64,000 bases of DNA from Clostridia bacterium. GTDB lineage: Bacteria; Bacillota; Clostridia; Christensenellales; DTU072. Below the pieces are notes generated by a model. It was not told the origin of the DNA. It did no database searches and was given only the letters and a program-made list of their open reading frames with translations. The DNA is taken from assembly GCA_045535785.1 (NCBI GenBank), contig JAZSMH010000060.1, forward strand, positions 2,560 to 66,559, in the 5' to 3' direction. Position 1 is the stretch's first letter. Every line of letters starts with the position of its first letter. Below, in pieces: positions 48,790 to 59,126 of the stretch. The translations under genes and the position numbers were made by a program.

Positions 48790-49362
48790 TTAATTTTCTA
48801 CTTTTTTGGGCGTGCGCTTTTGCTTAGGCTTTTCGTATACGTTAATTACCCTTTTATTTTTGCTTACGGCGTAGTTATAGGCGATACGAACGGGATCGTC
48901 TTCGCTTGCTTCATCTTCGAGGTAAAAAACACAAACGTCACAGGTATCGATAAGTAAATAATTGCGGTATTCTTCCGCTATATCTGATTCTTCAAATTCA
49001 TGCTCCCATTCTAAAATTTCGTCATACACCTTTCTTAATACAAAAGGTATATCCCAATTATTGAGGAATTGTCTACATTCTAAGCTGTTGTCGTCGAGCA
49101 CGAGATTCTGCCCTACAACGGGAACTAATATTCTTTTTACCGGTGGGTGCGTATGGCTTACCTTCAAATCGGTAGCCGAATGATAGGATGCGTTACTGAA
49201 CGAGCCATCGTTGCCGAAATAATAGGTGACTATACCTTCGTCGAAGGCAAGCTTAAAGATAAGGCGCTTGACGATGGCAAATACTCCTCTACCGCGTTCT
49301 CGCGTCGTAGGTCCAATAAAACAACAGCTCTTATCGTTAATTATCTCTTCCCAATTGACCAT
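48790..49362 (-). CDS. Hypothetical protein (weak SLOG/DUF1273-like impression)
   Basis: ORF only. Weak topology resemblance. Confidence 0.35.
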   Translation of the reverse strand: MVNWEEIINDKSCCFIGPTTRERGRGVFAIVKRLIFKLAFDEGIVTYYFGNDGSFSNASYHSATDLKVSHTHPPVKRILVPVVGQNLVLDDNSLECRQFLNNWDIPFVLRKVYDEILEWEHEFEESDIAEEYRNYLLIDTCDVCVFYLEDEASEDDPVRIAYNYAVSKNKRVINVYEKPKQKRTPKKVEN

Positions 49363-49627
49363 CTTGCACCCCTTTGTTTATAAAAAAATGCCGACCACGC
49401 TAGGTACGGCACGAAATATAGTCATACCCACCCGTAGGTCGCCAAACCATACTGCACATTTGTAAGACAAAATTAGCACGTATCGGATGGGTATTACTAC
49501 CCACTGATGTACTAATTTTGTCCTTTAGATTTAACTTTAAACGTGCGCCACATAAGTAGTGGCAATATGATTTGGCACTATCATTGTATCCTACTTTTTG
49601 GTAAAAGTCAAGGTATTATTTTTTTAT

Positions 49628-49665
49628 AAAAAAAATGCGCCCTACGTTAAGGGCGCAAAGTTTTT
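49628..49665. terminator. Bidirectional terminator
   Basis: A-run, then TGCGCCC-N8-GGGCGCA, then AAGTTTTT. Confidence 0.7.
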
Positions 49666-49680
49666 GTAATTACAATCTAA

Positions 49681-50460
49681 CTATTCTTGAACTGCGGGTT
49701 TTGTAGACTTATAGAATTCTCCGCCTAGGTGCAATAATTCGTTGATAAGAATTACTCTTTCCGTGCCGTCGGAATCTTTTTTCATAGTCATGATTACGTA
49801 AGGCTCGCTACCCTCTTTGTAATCGCCTACGTATACCGCCTTCATGGGCTCTTCGCTGTCGAGAGAGTGGATTTCTACAATCTCGTAATTATAATCGAAA
49901 CTAAAATAAACTTCGTCGGGAAGAACGACTTTTTTGGGTAAGGTGCCGTTCTCACGAAGAGATTCTACGATATCAGACATATTGTCGCTTTCAAAATCTA
50001 CACCGCCTAAGCTTACGCCGAGGGTTCTTTTGATCGCGTCGAGAGTATCGATGATTTCTCTCATGGTGTTGCCGGGGAAAAGCTCGGTTACGTAGCATTG
50101 TAGCCCGCCTACGTCAATGGTGGATGCGTCTAGTTGTGCTAGAGCTGCTTTGGCTGCAACGTAAATTGCAGGCTTCACACGAAGTTCTAAGTGCATTTTG
50201 CCGTCTTTAGTCAAAGATAAGAAAGAAGTATCGGTATCAACGATTGCGTCAAGGTCGATGCCACCGCCCGTGCCGCCACCACCACGCAAGCCTGCTAGAC
50301 TGATATAGTCGAGCGCGTAGTACGTGTCTTCTGCTAAAAATACCTTTTGTCTAGGCTTATCTTCTTCCTTGCCGTCTTGCGTACAAGCTACCGTAGCGAA
50401 TACTAGCGTCAAAATAACTACTGCAAATATTAGGGAAATTAAAACTTTTTTTGCTTTCAT
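49681..50460 (-). CDS. Lipoprotein, unknown function
   Basis: Signal peptide with ATVAC. Confidence 0.55.
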   Translation of the reverse strand: MKAKKVLISLIFAVVILTLVFATVACTQDGKEEDKPRQKVFLAEDTYYALDYISLAGLRGGGGTGGGIDLDAIVDTDTSFLSLTKDGKMHLELRVKPAIYVAAKAALAQLDASTIDVGGLQCYVTELFPGNTMREIIDTLDAIKRTLGVSLGGVDFESDNMSDIVESLRENGTLPKKVVLPDEVYFSFDYNYEIVEIHSLDSEEPMKAVYVGDYKEGSEPYVIMTMKKDSDGTERVILINELLHLGGEFYKSTKPAVQE

Positions 50461-50473
50461 ACTACACCCCCAA

Positions 50474-51526
50474 TTAATATATCGGATCTACACCGTAGAC
50501 GCCGTCGAAGTATGCTTCGGTGACTTCGTCGATGGTGTATGCGCTTTTTATTTTGTCTTCTACTTCACTCACCTTAACTTCGGTATTGTCGTATAAGCGA
50601 TGAAGCTGTGCTATCTTGACGTTCTTGTAATTAACTAGTGCGTTGTAGGGATCGCAAAGACCTAGATCTTCGAGAATGCTTTGAACGGTGGACATTATTA
50701 TTGCGTGACCTTCGTTAGACGGGTGAATGTAGTCCTCGTAGATAAAGCGGTCTAGTCTTTCGGGACGAGCTTTGTAGATAGCGTCGAACTTTGCATTAAC
50801 GTCGGCAATTCTAAAAGAATCGGGGTTGTTTTTGAGATATTCGAACAATACGTTGTTTAGACGGTTAATAAGTTTAGACGCAATATGGTGAAGGTCTTCT
50901 TTTTCTACGTCGTAATCGTTAAGTAGGGTTTCTAGCGCCCAAGGTTCCATGATAAGACTCTCGGGGAACATGGGGTTATAGACTGTTTGGATAATCAATT
51001 CTACGTCGGGATTAAGGGTGCGGATACGCTTTACGATGCCGTCGATATTGACGTAGGAGTTAGCTAGAATTGTATCCGCTCTCGTGTAATCGTCGTTCAT
51101 TGCAGAGATGATATTCTCGTTAAAGCCGTTAAGAAGGAAGTCGTTACCTAAAATGGAAATAACGATAACGTCCGCTTCTTTTATTTTGGTAATGTGTGCG
51201 TAAGCGGAATCGTCCTTTTCTCTACTAATGTATTCGAGAAGGTGTTTGGTTTCGTATCCCGACACCGCTCTATTGTGATAGGTAAAGCCGTTGATTTGAC
51301 CTAATAGGCTACAATAGCTGTAATCTTCTCTTTCGCTAATGGGCGACGGGCCTAGAACTGCTTCGGCAATGCTATCGCCTAGTACCACTAACTTTATATC
51401 GGAATTGTCATCGGGAACAAAATCGTCTTTGGATGAAGAAACGAGCAGTGTTGTCAAAACTACGAGAGCTATAACGATAACCGCTAGAATAATACCACCC
51501 AAAGCAAGGGAAAACTTTCTTTTCAT
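50474..51526 (-). CDS. Membrane-anchored SGNH/GDSL hydrolase
   Basis: Contains VVLGDSIAE (block I), GNDF (block III) and DYIHPS (block V). The start at 51526 has a GAGGTGG RBS. Confidence 0.7.
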   Translation of the reverse strand: MKRKFSLALGGIILAVIVIALVVLTTLLVSSSKDDFVPDDNSDIKLVVLGDSIAEAVLGPSPISEREDYSYCSLLGQINGFTYHNRAVSGYETKHLLEYISREKDDSAYAHITKIKEADVIVISILGNDFLLNGFNENIISAMNDDYTRADTILANSYVNIDGIVKRIRTLNPDVELIIQTVYNPMFPESLIMEPWALETLLNDYDVEKEDLHHIASKLINRLNNVLFEYLKNNPDSFRIADVNAKFDAIYKARPERLDRFIYEDYIHPSNEGHAIIMSTVQSILEDLGLCDPYNALVNYKNVKIAQLHRLYDNTEVKVSEVEDKIKSAYTIDEVTEAYFDGVYGVDPIY

Positions 51527-51733
51527 AATCCACCTCGCAATGTTATCAATACTACTATGATACAACCTTTTACTTCTTTTGTAAATACAAAAAATAGTTT
51601 TTTTCAAGTAATTTTTAAGGTGTTTTTTTCGTTATCTCTGTGCGGAAGCAGGGAAAGTAAAAAAGGTTGATTTTTGGGTATTGAAATAAGTGTGGAATTG
51701 GGTTATAATAAAAGAAAAACCTCGGAGAAAAAT

Positions 51734-52777
51734 ATGCAAGAACAACGCGAAATTATCAACAAAATCGACTTACTAAAAAGTGACGGCACTCTAAACGCCG
51801 TTGGCTGGGCGCGCAAGTGCGACGTCATCAACTACAACAAAGAAAATATCCCGAAAAAATTGCGTTGGCGCAAAAAAGAATGGGATTTTTATCAAACATC
51901 TGACGGCGAATGGGTAGTACAGCTTAATTTTGCTAACATATCCGTTGGTGCTGCCGGTACTTGTACCGTACTCAACATAAAGACGGGTGAAAAGTACGAC
52001 TTCGGTACGCTAGACGTATTTACAAAAAATCGCCTAGCTCTCGCTAGCAAAACGGCGGACGACGTGTCGTGCTTCGAGTATTCTCAAGGTAAGACGAAGT
52101 TCAAATTCGACATACAAGAAGACAAAAGAGTATTGACCTACTCTTCTGAAAAAAAGGGAATGGTGTTAGACGTAAACTTAACGATGTATCACCTACCTAA
52201 CAACGAATCTATCAGTATAATTACGCCTTTTGACAACCTACCTCATAGATTCTTCTACACTACGAAGTATAACTGTATGCCTACCGTTGGTACGGTAAAA
52301 ATCGGTGACAAAGTAATCACATTCGATAAGGAAAAAACGTATTCCGTAATCGACTGGGGACGCGGTGTATGGCCACATAAGAACTATTGGTATTGGGGTA
52401 ACGGCTCTACAAAAATCGATGGCAAATATTTTGGCTTTGAGATAACTTGGGGTATCGGAAACACTAGTTTGGCAACCGAAACTTGCCTTTTTTATGACGG
52501 TAAGGCACACAAGATAGGTGCGGTAGACGTCGAAGTACACCCTAAAATAAACGGCTATCTAAACGACTGGGTATTTAAGTCGGACGACGGTAGATTCAAC
52601 CTAACTATGACGCCTTTTTTTGATAACGCAACGGGTATGCTTTTCCTCAATCTACTCGGCATGAGGACGCATCAAGTGCACGGCTATTTTAACGGGGACG
52701 TAACGCTTGACGACGGTACGAAGTTAAAGATCGAGAATATGTACGCCTTCTGTGAATTCGTAGAAAACCGCTGGTAA
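51734..52777 (+). CDS. DUF2804-like protein
   Basis: Size and the KNYWYWG block. The start at 51734 has a GGAGA RBS. Confidence 0.45.
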   Translation: MQEQREIINKIDLLKSDGTLNAVGWARKCDVINYNKENIPKKLRWRKKEWDFYQTSDGEWVVQLNFANISVGAAGTCTVLNIKTGEKYDFGTLDVFTKNRLALASKTADDVSCFEYSQGKTKFKFDIQEDKRVLTYSSEKKGMVLDVNLTMYHLPNNESISIITPFDNLPHRFFYTTKYNCMPTVGTVKIGDKVITFDKEKTYSVIDWGRGVWPHKNYWYWGNGSTKIDGKYFGFEITWGIGNTSLATETCLFYDGKAHKIGAVDVEVHPKINGYLNDWVFKSDDGRFNLTMTPFFDNATGMLFLNLLGMRTHQVHGYFNGDVTLDDGTKLKIENMYAFCEFVENRW

Positions 52778-52903
52778 TTCTTAGGTAAATAACGACTAAT
52801 AGCATTTTTTGCAAACGCTTAACCGAACCTTAACCTATTGACTTAGGTTAAGGTTTCGTTTATACTTATATAAGTAATATTATTTTTTTGAGGACGCGCG
52901 CAT

Positions 52904-55900
52904 ATGAGAACAAGACGTAGTTATTTATTTTTTGTCATAACGGTACTGATTATTTCGGTTGTTTTTTTGTGCGCCCGAGGTAGCGACGGCTATGCGCGTG
53001 CCGATGAAGGCTTCTTGGGAAGTGGTACGGAAGGCGATCCGTATCTTATTCAAAACGCTAGTGATTTAACTCTACTAGCAACCCTTTGTAATAACGCTAC
53101 CACTGATGAAAACGGTGATTTTTATTCAACCAAGCACTACAAACTTACCGATGATATAGATTTAGGCGGTACTCAAGTAACCATAGGTGACAGTGATTCT
53201 TATATCGAGTTAGGATACGTAGATATCACCGCTTTTCTTGCGAGCAATTCCGACCTGCACGCTGCGTGGGCGGTTTATAAATACAATTTTTATGAAAGTG
53301 ACGGCGAAAATTATTTTGTAACGGACGATGAAACTTTTAATAATTCTTCCATCTACTTCTACCATTCACAGGAAAGCGACAAGATAGTTAACAAAGCGTT
53401 CTTCGGGACTTTTGATGGGGATGGAAAAACTATTTCTAACGGAAGTGGGGTTTTGTTCGGTTGTCTGCGTAATGCGGAGATAAAAAATCTCGTATTAGAT
53501 AGTTTCGTTGTCGACGGCAATTCTCTATTTATAAATTCTGCAGTCAATTCTCAAATAATAAGCTGTGCTGTAACGAACGGCGTCCTAACGGGTACTAACA
53601 ACGTTGGTGGAGTGGTTGGTGAACTTTCTCACGCAAGTGGCTACGAGATATCTCTACCTTACGCTAGCGCTAACGGGCATAAAGTTACGCTAAACGACGA
53701 AATGTTGGTTCCTTACCTAAACGCGGAAAGACAAAGCGAAGTAAAACTTTGTACCTCTATCGGCAATACGATAAACGGTAGCGACAGCGTGGGCGGTATC
53801 GTGGGACATTCTTATGCGGATACCCTCATAGAGGACTGTTTCAATTCTTCCTCTATCAACGCCCTTGGAGGTGATAACGGTGGTATCGCCGGATCGGTAG
53901 AGGGCTCGATAAATAAGGTAATGGGTGTTTTTTCTACAAACAACGTTTTTGCAACCGTAGGAAGCCTTCAATTAGGTAGCGTAGACACTCTTTATTATCC
54001 GTCCGATTTTTGCATAGACGCATACGCTACTTCCTCTTATCGCGCAATTCAACTGCTTAATCAAGATTTCGTTAATACCTATCTTCCTAATTGGACGTTG
54101 CTATCCGCACAAGGAAATAAGGTATTCTACCCTACGCCTAACCCCTTGAGTTCTTACAGTGAAAATCTTTATTCCATAACGATAGACGGTGGTCTTGTAG
54201 ATTACGTTAGGGCAAGCTCGCCTACTTACGTTGTTTCCGAACCTAGTCAGGGCGCGGGATACTGTTATGAAATGGGCGGTAACACCTATTATCAAAACGA
54301 CGTCGTAGAAGTAAGCAGTGATACGCACCTACGTACGGCGCTCATCACTCCTACCTTAACGATAAATGGAAAATCAACGATAACTTACGATGGTACACTA
54401 CAAGAGGTGGGTACGGCTACTTATACGCACGAGCTTAGTTTGGAGGCTGAATACTCTTGGTTATACAGTCAAAATAATGACGTATACTCCTTCAAAAGTG
54501 ACAATCAATCGCTAGCAGTAAAGGACGTAAGCGAAAGTGGATATTACAAGTGCTCTATAACGGTAAGTGACGGAATACGTACTAAGACGGTGGAAAGCGA
54601 AGCTATCTTAATAACCGTTGACAAAAGGACGTTAAAGGCGCGTTCTTATTCAAACGTGACTAGCGTTGATTACGATGGCAACGAGCATAGTGTGACTTAT
54701 CAATATCAATACGAAGGTTTGGTCAGTGGTGACGAGGTAATACCTATCGTGGATGTTCAAGAGATAGTTAACGCCGGTGAATATCAACTTCTATTCTCTA
54801 TCAACGCAGATAATTATAACGTTGAATACAGCTATGGAATTTTTGTAGTAAATAAGGCGGATATTAGTTATGACGTAAGTTCATACGATGGTATATACGA
54901 CGGACAAGAGCATGGAGTGAGAATTGGTTCTATCGACACCGTGGACGGCTGTCCTTACGTAATAAGCTATTCGCTAAACGGCGTTGATTTCGTAGATAAA
55001 ATCGTACGTAAAGACGTAAGTTCTACCTCCGTTACCGTAAAAATCAGTGCGCCTAATCATAATGACGTAGTCGTCGAAGAAAGGATAAGTATAAGCGCTT
55101 CTACGGTAAAAATAGAGGTTACGCAAAGCGACTACCCTGATATAACGAAAGTATACGACGGCACCTACGTATGTGACGTTAGTTTAATAAAGCCCGAATA
55201 TATAAGTATAACCTATGACGGTGAATATCAAGGGGTTGCGCCAATAGTAATAACGCATGCTAGTTTCTTAAAGAGCACTACAACTTCAAGAACGAACGTA
55301 ATTGCGTATTTTGCTCTTACTGATACCAAAAACTTCTTATTGGATACCCAATCTATTACTTTCACAGGATGTTCTATAACGCCTGCGGAAATAAAAATCG
55401 TGCCTAAGGGCGCACTACCTAGCGTGTCTAAGATATATGACGGAAGCGCCGATTATCCTATTAATCAATTACCTGACGATACGTATGAAGTGGTAACCGA
55501 TTGTCCCATAAAGCCTTCGGTCGGCATATATAGTGCCGTATTTAATTCAGCTAACGTGGGCGAAGCGAATACTTTACGCATAACCTTCTTCGTGTACTCT
55601 GCTTGCTATCAATTCGAAAGCGGATACAACGGCTTCGTTTTAGATGCAGAGATAACGCCTAAAACTATCACGGTAAGCTCTATCACTATTGAGGATCGTC
55701 CTTATGACGGCACTAAAAACGTAAGCGTAAGTGATTACGTCTTGTCTGGAGTGGTTGCTGGCGATAGTGTAAACATGACTTACGAACAAGCTTTGAGTGA
55801 AAGTGAAAACGCTAGCGAAGATATGCATTCGGTTACGGTAAGCGGTCTACAGCTTGATAACGACAACTACGTGCTTGCTTACAGCGAAGGATATTCTTAC

Positions 55901-58084
55901 GTGTTAATTTTTAAGGCGGAGCCTACCATCAACCCGATAGTAGAAAATATTCCCCTATTCACTAGTAGTACGGTTTTGCCTAGAATTTCTCTCTCTAATA
56001 ACGATACTGACGGCGTAATCGCTTGGGCGGAATACACGATAGACGAAAGCGGTGATATCCCTTATCAATGGAATTTTTATTCTTCCTCCCCTAACTATAA
56101 TGATAAGAGTGGCTTTATCACGTTCAATATAAGCGACGTACTACCTGTGGGCATAACTGCGGTAAGCAACGGTGGGATTAACGAATACGTCGCTTTGAGT
56201 CCTTTTAAGGCAAATACGATAGAAGTTAATCTCTTATATAACGACGGCTCGGCTATCCTACTCGACGTAATGATAGACGGACACAGTGGCTACGTAATTG
56301 AGTACGAAAACGGTGGCAATAGAATAATTTTTGGCGATACCCACGTTACCGTCAGATACGGTGAATTCTCTGATATAGTAGATATCAGCGTGAAGAAAAT
56401 AGAGGTCGCTAAACCTACCGCATATGGGAACTATATCTACAACGGTAACGAACAAACTCTAGCGATGTCTAACTTCGATACCGCCCTCGTCCTAGCTGAA
56501 AATAACAAGCGTACTTCGGCAGGTGTAACGGAAGTTACCATTAGACTTAAAGACGACGTTAATTACTGCTTCGACGATGGTAGTAGTAGCTTCGTTTATC
56601 TATGGACAATCAATCCTAAGAGCGTAAGCGAGCCGTATTTGCGCGATGCTAATTCTGAATACGACGGTGAGGTAAAGGATATAGAGGTCGTTAATCCTAC
56701 GCAAAAAACTTATTACACTACAAGCGGAGCTACTAGTGCGCTCAATCAAGGTCAGTACCCTATCACTATAAGCCTTATTGATAAAGTTAATTACGTGTGG
56801 TATTCAACGAATAGCGCAGATGATATCGTCCTAACTTATACCGTAAGTTCGAAGCAGGTTGTTAAACCGCTTATTTACAATCTACCTTACGTATATGACG
56901 GAAGAGAAAAATCTGCCGTCTTCGACACTTCTAGTGCATACGAAGTAAGCGGTGACCTAACTTACGTAAACGCAGGCACCTACACTATAACCGCAACTCT
57001 CAACAATATATTCGAAGGTGAAGATCTTTTACATAAAAACTACGTTTGGGAAGACGGAACAAGCGATTCGGTTACCTTAATTTATCAAGTAGAAAGAATA
57101 GTTGTAAGCGTTCCTAACATAAATACGCGATTCGAATACAGTGGAAAAACGCATAGATTGCCGCTAGAAAATAACTTCTATTATAAGGTTAGCGGAAGCG
57201 TTGCTGAAATAAACGCAGGTACTTATCAAGCAATTCTTACTTTAAGCGACGATATCAATTTTGTATGGGCTGACGGTACTATCGAAGATAAAGTGATAAC
57301 TTATCGTATCTTGAAAAAAACGGTACAAATACCCTCTGTGTTAGGAAACAACGTGTATAGCGGATACGAGATGACGGCGCTCATTCCTCAATCGCAATAC
57401 TATACCCTCATTGGTAATACTGCAACCGAGGTGGGTAAACACACAGCAAAGGCTAGCCTAAATAACAAGCTTAATTATCAATGGTCGGACGGTACGACTA
57501 ATGATATAAATTTGGTTTATGAAATAGTAAAACGCGTAATTGATATCCCCTCCGCGCCCGAAAGTTTATGGTACAACGGTTTCCCTCAAGTTGCGCATAT
57601 AAATAGTGACGATGCGTACGTGGTAAACGGTAATACGGCAACTGATCCCGGAACTTATACCGCGACGATTAGCCTAAAAGATAAAGATAACTATCTATGG
57701 AAGGACGGCACTAGTGAGGACGTAAAATACACCTATTACGTGTATTCGATATCGTTTAGCGAAGAGTCGACTCCTATATTAAACAACAGTTTTTCGACAA
57801 ATAGCGAGCTATATACCCCCGTAAAGGAAGGCTTCAACTTCGCAGGTTGGTATGATAATCCTTATTATGAAGGTGAAAAGATTACCGCAATAACTAACCC
57901 TCAACCTAACCTTATATTATATGCAAAGTGGGAACTTATCGAATACAAAGAGCCTATCAATATGGACGATGGCAAAAAAGGTGGACTTGGTACTAATGCA
58001 ATACTCGGTCTATCTATCGCGGGCGGTGCGTTAGTAATTGCATTACTTATAATTGGCGTAGGTTTTGTATTAAAGCGCAGATAG
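52904..58084 (+). CDS. Giant surface protein: signal peptide, GLUG-type region, many MBG/YDG-type Ig-like repeats, Listeria-Bacteroides repeat, C-terminal TM anchor
   Basis: Contains GGVVGEL/GGIVGHS/GGIAGSV. 'YDG/YNG/YSG' repeat starts recur every ~75-85 aa. FNFAGWYDNPYYEGEKI...LYAKW is present, and the C-terminus ends AILGLSIAGGALVIALLIIGVGFVLKRR. Confidence 0.8.
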   Translation: MRTRRSYLFFVITVLIISVVFLCARGSDGYARADEGFLGSGTEGDPYLIQNASDLTLLATLCNNATTDENGDFYSTKHYKLTDDIDLGGTQVTIGDSDSYIELGYVDITAFLASNSDLHAAWAVYKYNFYESDGENYFVTDDETFNNSSIYFYHSQESDKIVNKAFFGTFDGDGKTISNGSGVLFGCLRNAEIKNLVLDSFVVDGNSLFINSAVNSQIISCAVTNGVLTGTNNVGGVVGELSHASGYEISLPYASANGHKVTLNDEMLVPYLNAERQSEVKLCTSIGNTINGSDSVGGIVGHSYADTLIEDCFNSSSINALGGDNGGIAGSVEGSINKVMGVFSTNNVFATVGSLQLGSVDTLYYPSDFCIDAYATSSYRAIQLLNQDFVNTYLPNWTLLSAQGNKVFYPTPNPLSSYSENLYSITIDGGLVDYVRASSPTYVVSEPSQGAGYCYEMGGNTYYQNDVVEVSSDTHLRTALITPTLTINGKSTITYDGTLQEVGTATYTHELSLEAEYSWLYSQNNDVYSFKSDNQSLAVKDVSESGYYKCSITVSDGIRTKTVESEAILITVDKRTLKARSYSNVTSVDYDGNEHSVTYQYQYEGLVSGDEVIPIVDVQEIVNAGEYQLLFSINADNYNVEYSYGIFVVNKADISYDVSSYDGIYDGQEHGVRIGSIDTVDGCPYVISYSLNGVDFVDKIVRKDVSSTSVTVKISAPNHNDVVVEERISISASTVKIEVTQSDYPDITKVYDGTYVCDVSLIKPEYISITYDGEYQGVAPIVITHASFLKSTTTSRTNVIAYFALTDTKNFLLDTQSITFTGCSITPAEIKIVPKGALPSVSKIYDGSADYPINQLPDDTYEVVTDCPIKPSVGIYSAVFNSANVGEANTLRITFFVYSACYQFESGYNGFVLDAEITPKTITVSSITIEDRPYDGTKNVSVSDYVLSGVVAGDSVNMTYEQALSESENASEDMHSVTVSGLQLDNDNYVLAYSEGYSYVLIFKAEPTINPIVENIPLFTSSTVLPRISLSNNDTDGVIAWAEYTIDESGDIPYQWNFYSSSPNYNDKSGFITFNISDVLPVGITAVSNGGINEYVALSPFKANTIEVNLLYNDGSAILLDVMIDGHSGYVIEYENGGNRIIFGDTHVTVRYGEFSDIVDISVKKIEVAKPTAYGNYIYNGNEQTLAMSNFDTALVLAENNKRTSAGVTEVTIRLKDDVNYCFDDGSSSFVYLWTINPKSVSEPYLRDANSEYDGEVKDIEVVNPTQKTYYTTSGATSALNQGQYPITISLIDKVNYVWYSTNSADDIVLTYTVSSKQVVKPLIYNLPYVYDGREKSAVFDTSSAYEVSGDLTYVNAGTYTITATLNNIFEGEDLLHKNYVWEDGTSDSVTLIYQVERIVVSVPNINTRFEYSGKTHRLPLENNFYYKVSGSVAEINAGTYQAILTLSDDINFVWADGTIEDKVITYRILKKTVQIPSVLGNNVYSGYEMTALIPQSQYYTLIGNTATEVGKHTAKASLNNKLNYQWSDGTTNDINLVYEIVKRVIDIPSAPESLWYNGFPQVAHINSDDAYVVNGNTATDPGTYTATISLKDKDNYLWKDGTSEDVKYTYYVYSISFSEESTPILNNSFSTNSELYTPVKEGFNFAGWYDNPYYEGEKITAITNPQPNLILYAKWELIEYKEPINMDDGKKGGLGTNAILGLSIAGGALVIALLIIGVGFVLKRR

Positions 58085-58230
58085 TACTATTACAGTGATA
58101 TTCGGTTGCACCAAATTATATTCACCTATGGTAAGTATTGCCTTACGGCAGTGATATTCGCTACGCGAGTTATGTTTTTTAGTCTCTAGCTAAAAGTTAT
58201 TGGTTTAATTAATATAAGAACGTCCGCTAC

Positions 58231-58260
58231 AAAAAAACTCGGCATCAAGCCGAGTTTTTT
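58231..58260. terminator. Bidirectional terminator
   Basis: A-run, then CTCGGC-ATCAA-GCCGAG, then TTTTTT. Confidence 0.7.
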
Positions 58261-58283
58261 GTTGTTGTAGAGTAAGTTCCTTA

Positions 58284-59111
58284 TTATTTTTTTGCAATTT
58301 CCGTAATATAAGGAATGATTTTTTCGAACTTGACACCGTACCAATGGGTTTCGTCCTCTACCGTTTCTTTTATCGCTTTTACCGTAATATTAGCGGCGTG
58401 CTTAGCAGAATCTTTAAGGTCGTAACCCGATAAAAGTGCGCCGGTAAAGCAAGATGCGTATACGTCGCCCGTGCCGTGTGAATTCTTTTTGATTCTTTCG
58501 TGCAAGTAGTATTCTACCTTATTGCCGTCGTACGTTGCTACGCCCAAAGTGTCTTCGTCAAAGCTTACGCCCTTAAGTACCACTTTTTTTGCACCGAGAT
58601 TGTATAGTCCTACGCAAAGTTTTTCTATATACTCTTTGGTATGATTCTTCTCGATATATTCTTCGCCTAGCAAAAACGCGCTTTCGGTAATGTTAGGAAG
58701 GACGTAATCGGCATTCTTTACAAGTTTCTTCATTTCTTCCACAAATGCAAGGTCGAAGCCGTAATAGAGTTTGCCATAGTCCGCCATAGCCGGATCGACT
58801 ATCAAAAGGGAATTCTTTGTAGACAGTTTCTCATTCATTTCTAGAATGTAGTCGATTTGCTTTTTGTTGCCGATGTAACCCGTGTAGATAGCATCGAAAG
58901 AGATATTTTCTTTTTGCCAATGTTTAATTATCGCGGGGATATCGTCGGTGAGATCGCGGAAGGTGTAACCTGAGAAGCCGTAGGTGTGCGTACTGAGTAC
59001 CGCGCTAGGCAAAATGCAGGTTTCTACACCAAAGGCCGATATTATAGGCAATGCCACGGTGAGTGAACATTGTCCTACGCAAGATATGTCTTGTACTGTA
59101 AGTATTTTCAT
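58284..59111 (-). CDS. pdxK: Pyridoxal/pyridoxamine kinase
   Basis: Contains ILTVQDISCVGQCSLTVALPI, a ribokinase-like fold and a GTGD motif. Confidence 0.75.
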   Translation of the reverse strand: MKILTVQDISCVGQCSLTVALPIISAFGVETCILPSAVLSTHTYGFSGYTFRDLTDDIPAIIKHWQKENISFDAIYTGYIGNKKQIDYILEMNEKLSTKNSLLIVDPAMADYGKLYYGFDLAFVEEMKKLVKNADYVLPNITESAFLLGEEYIEKNHTKEYIEKLCVGLYNLGAKKVVLKGVSFDEDTLGVATYDGNKVEYYLHERIKKNSHGTGDVYASCFTGALLSGYDLKDSAKHAANITVKAIKETVEDETHWYGVKFEKIIPYITEIAKK

Positions 59112-59126
59112 AATTTCCTCCTATTT

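Noticed and set aside
58092-58159. 12-bp direct repeat CAGTGATATTCG (58092 and 58148) downstream of the giant surface protein gene
   Set aside because: It is short and has only two copies. It is plausibly chance or part of a degenerate GC-tail element, which is too weak to report as a feature.
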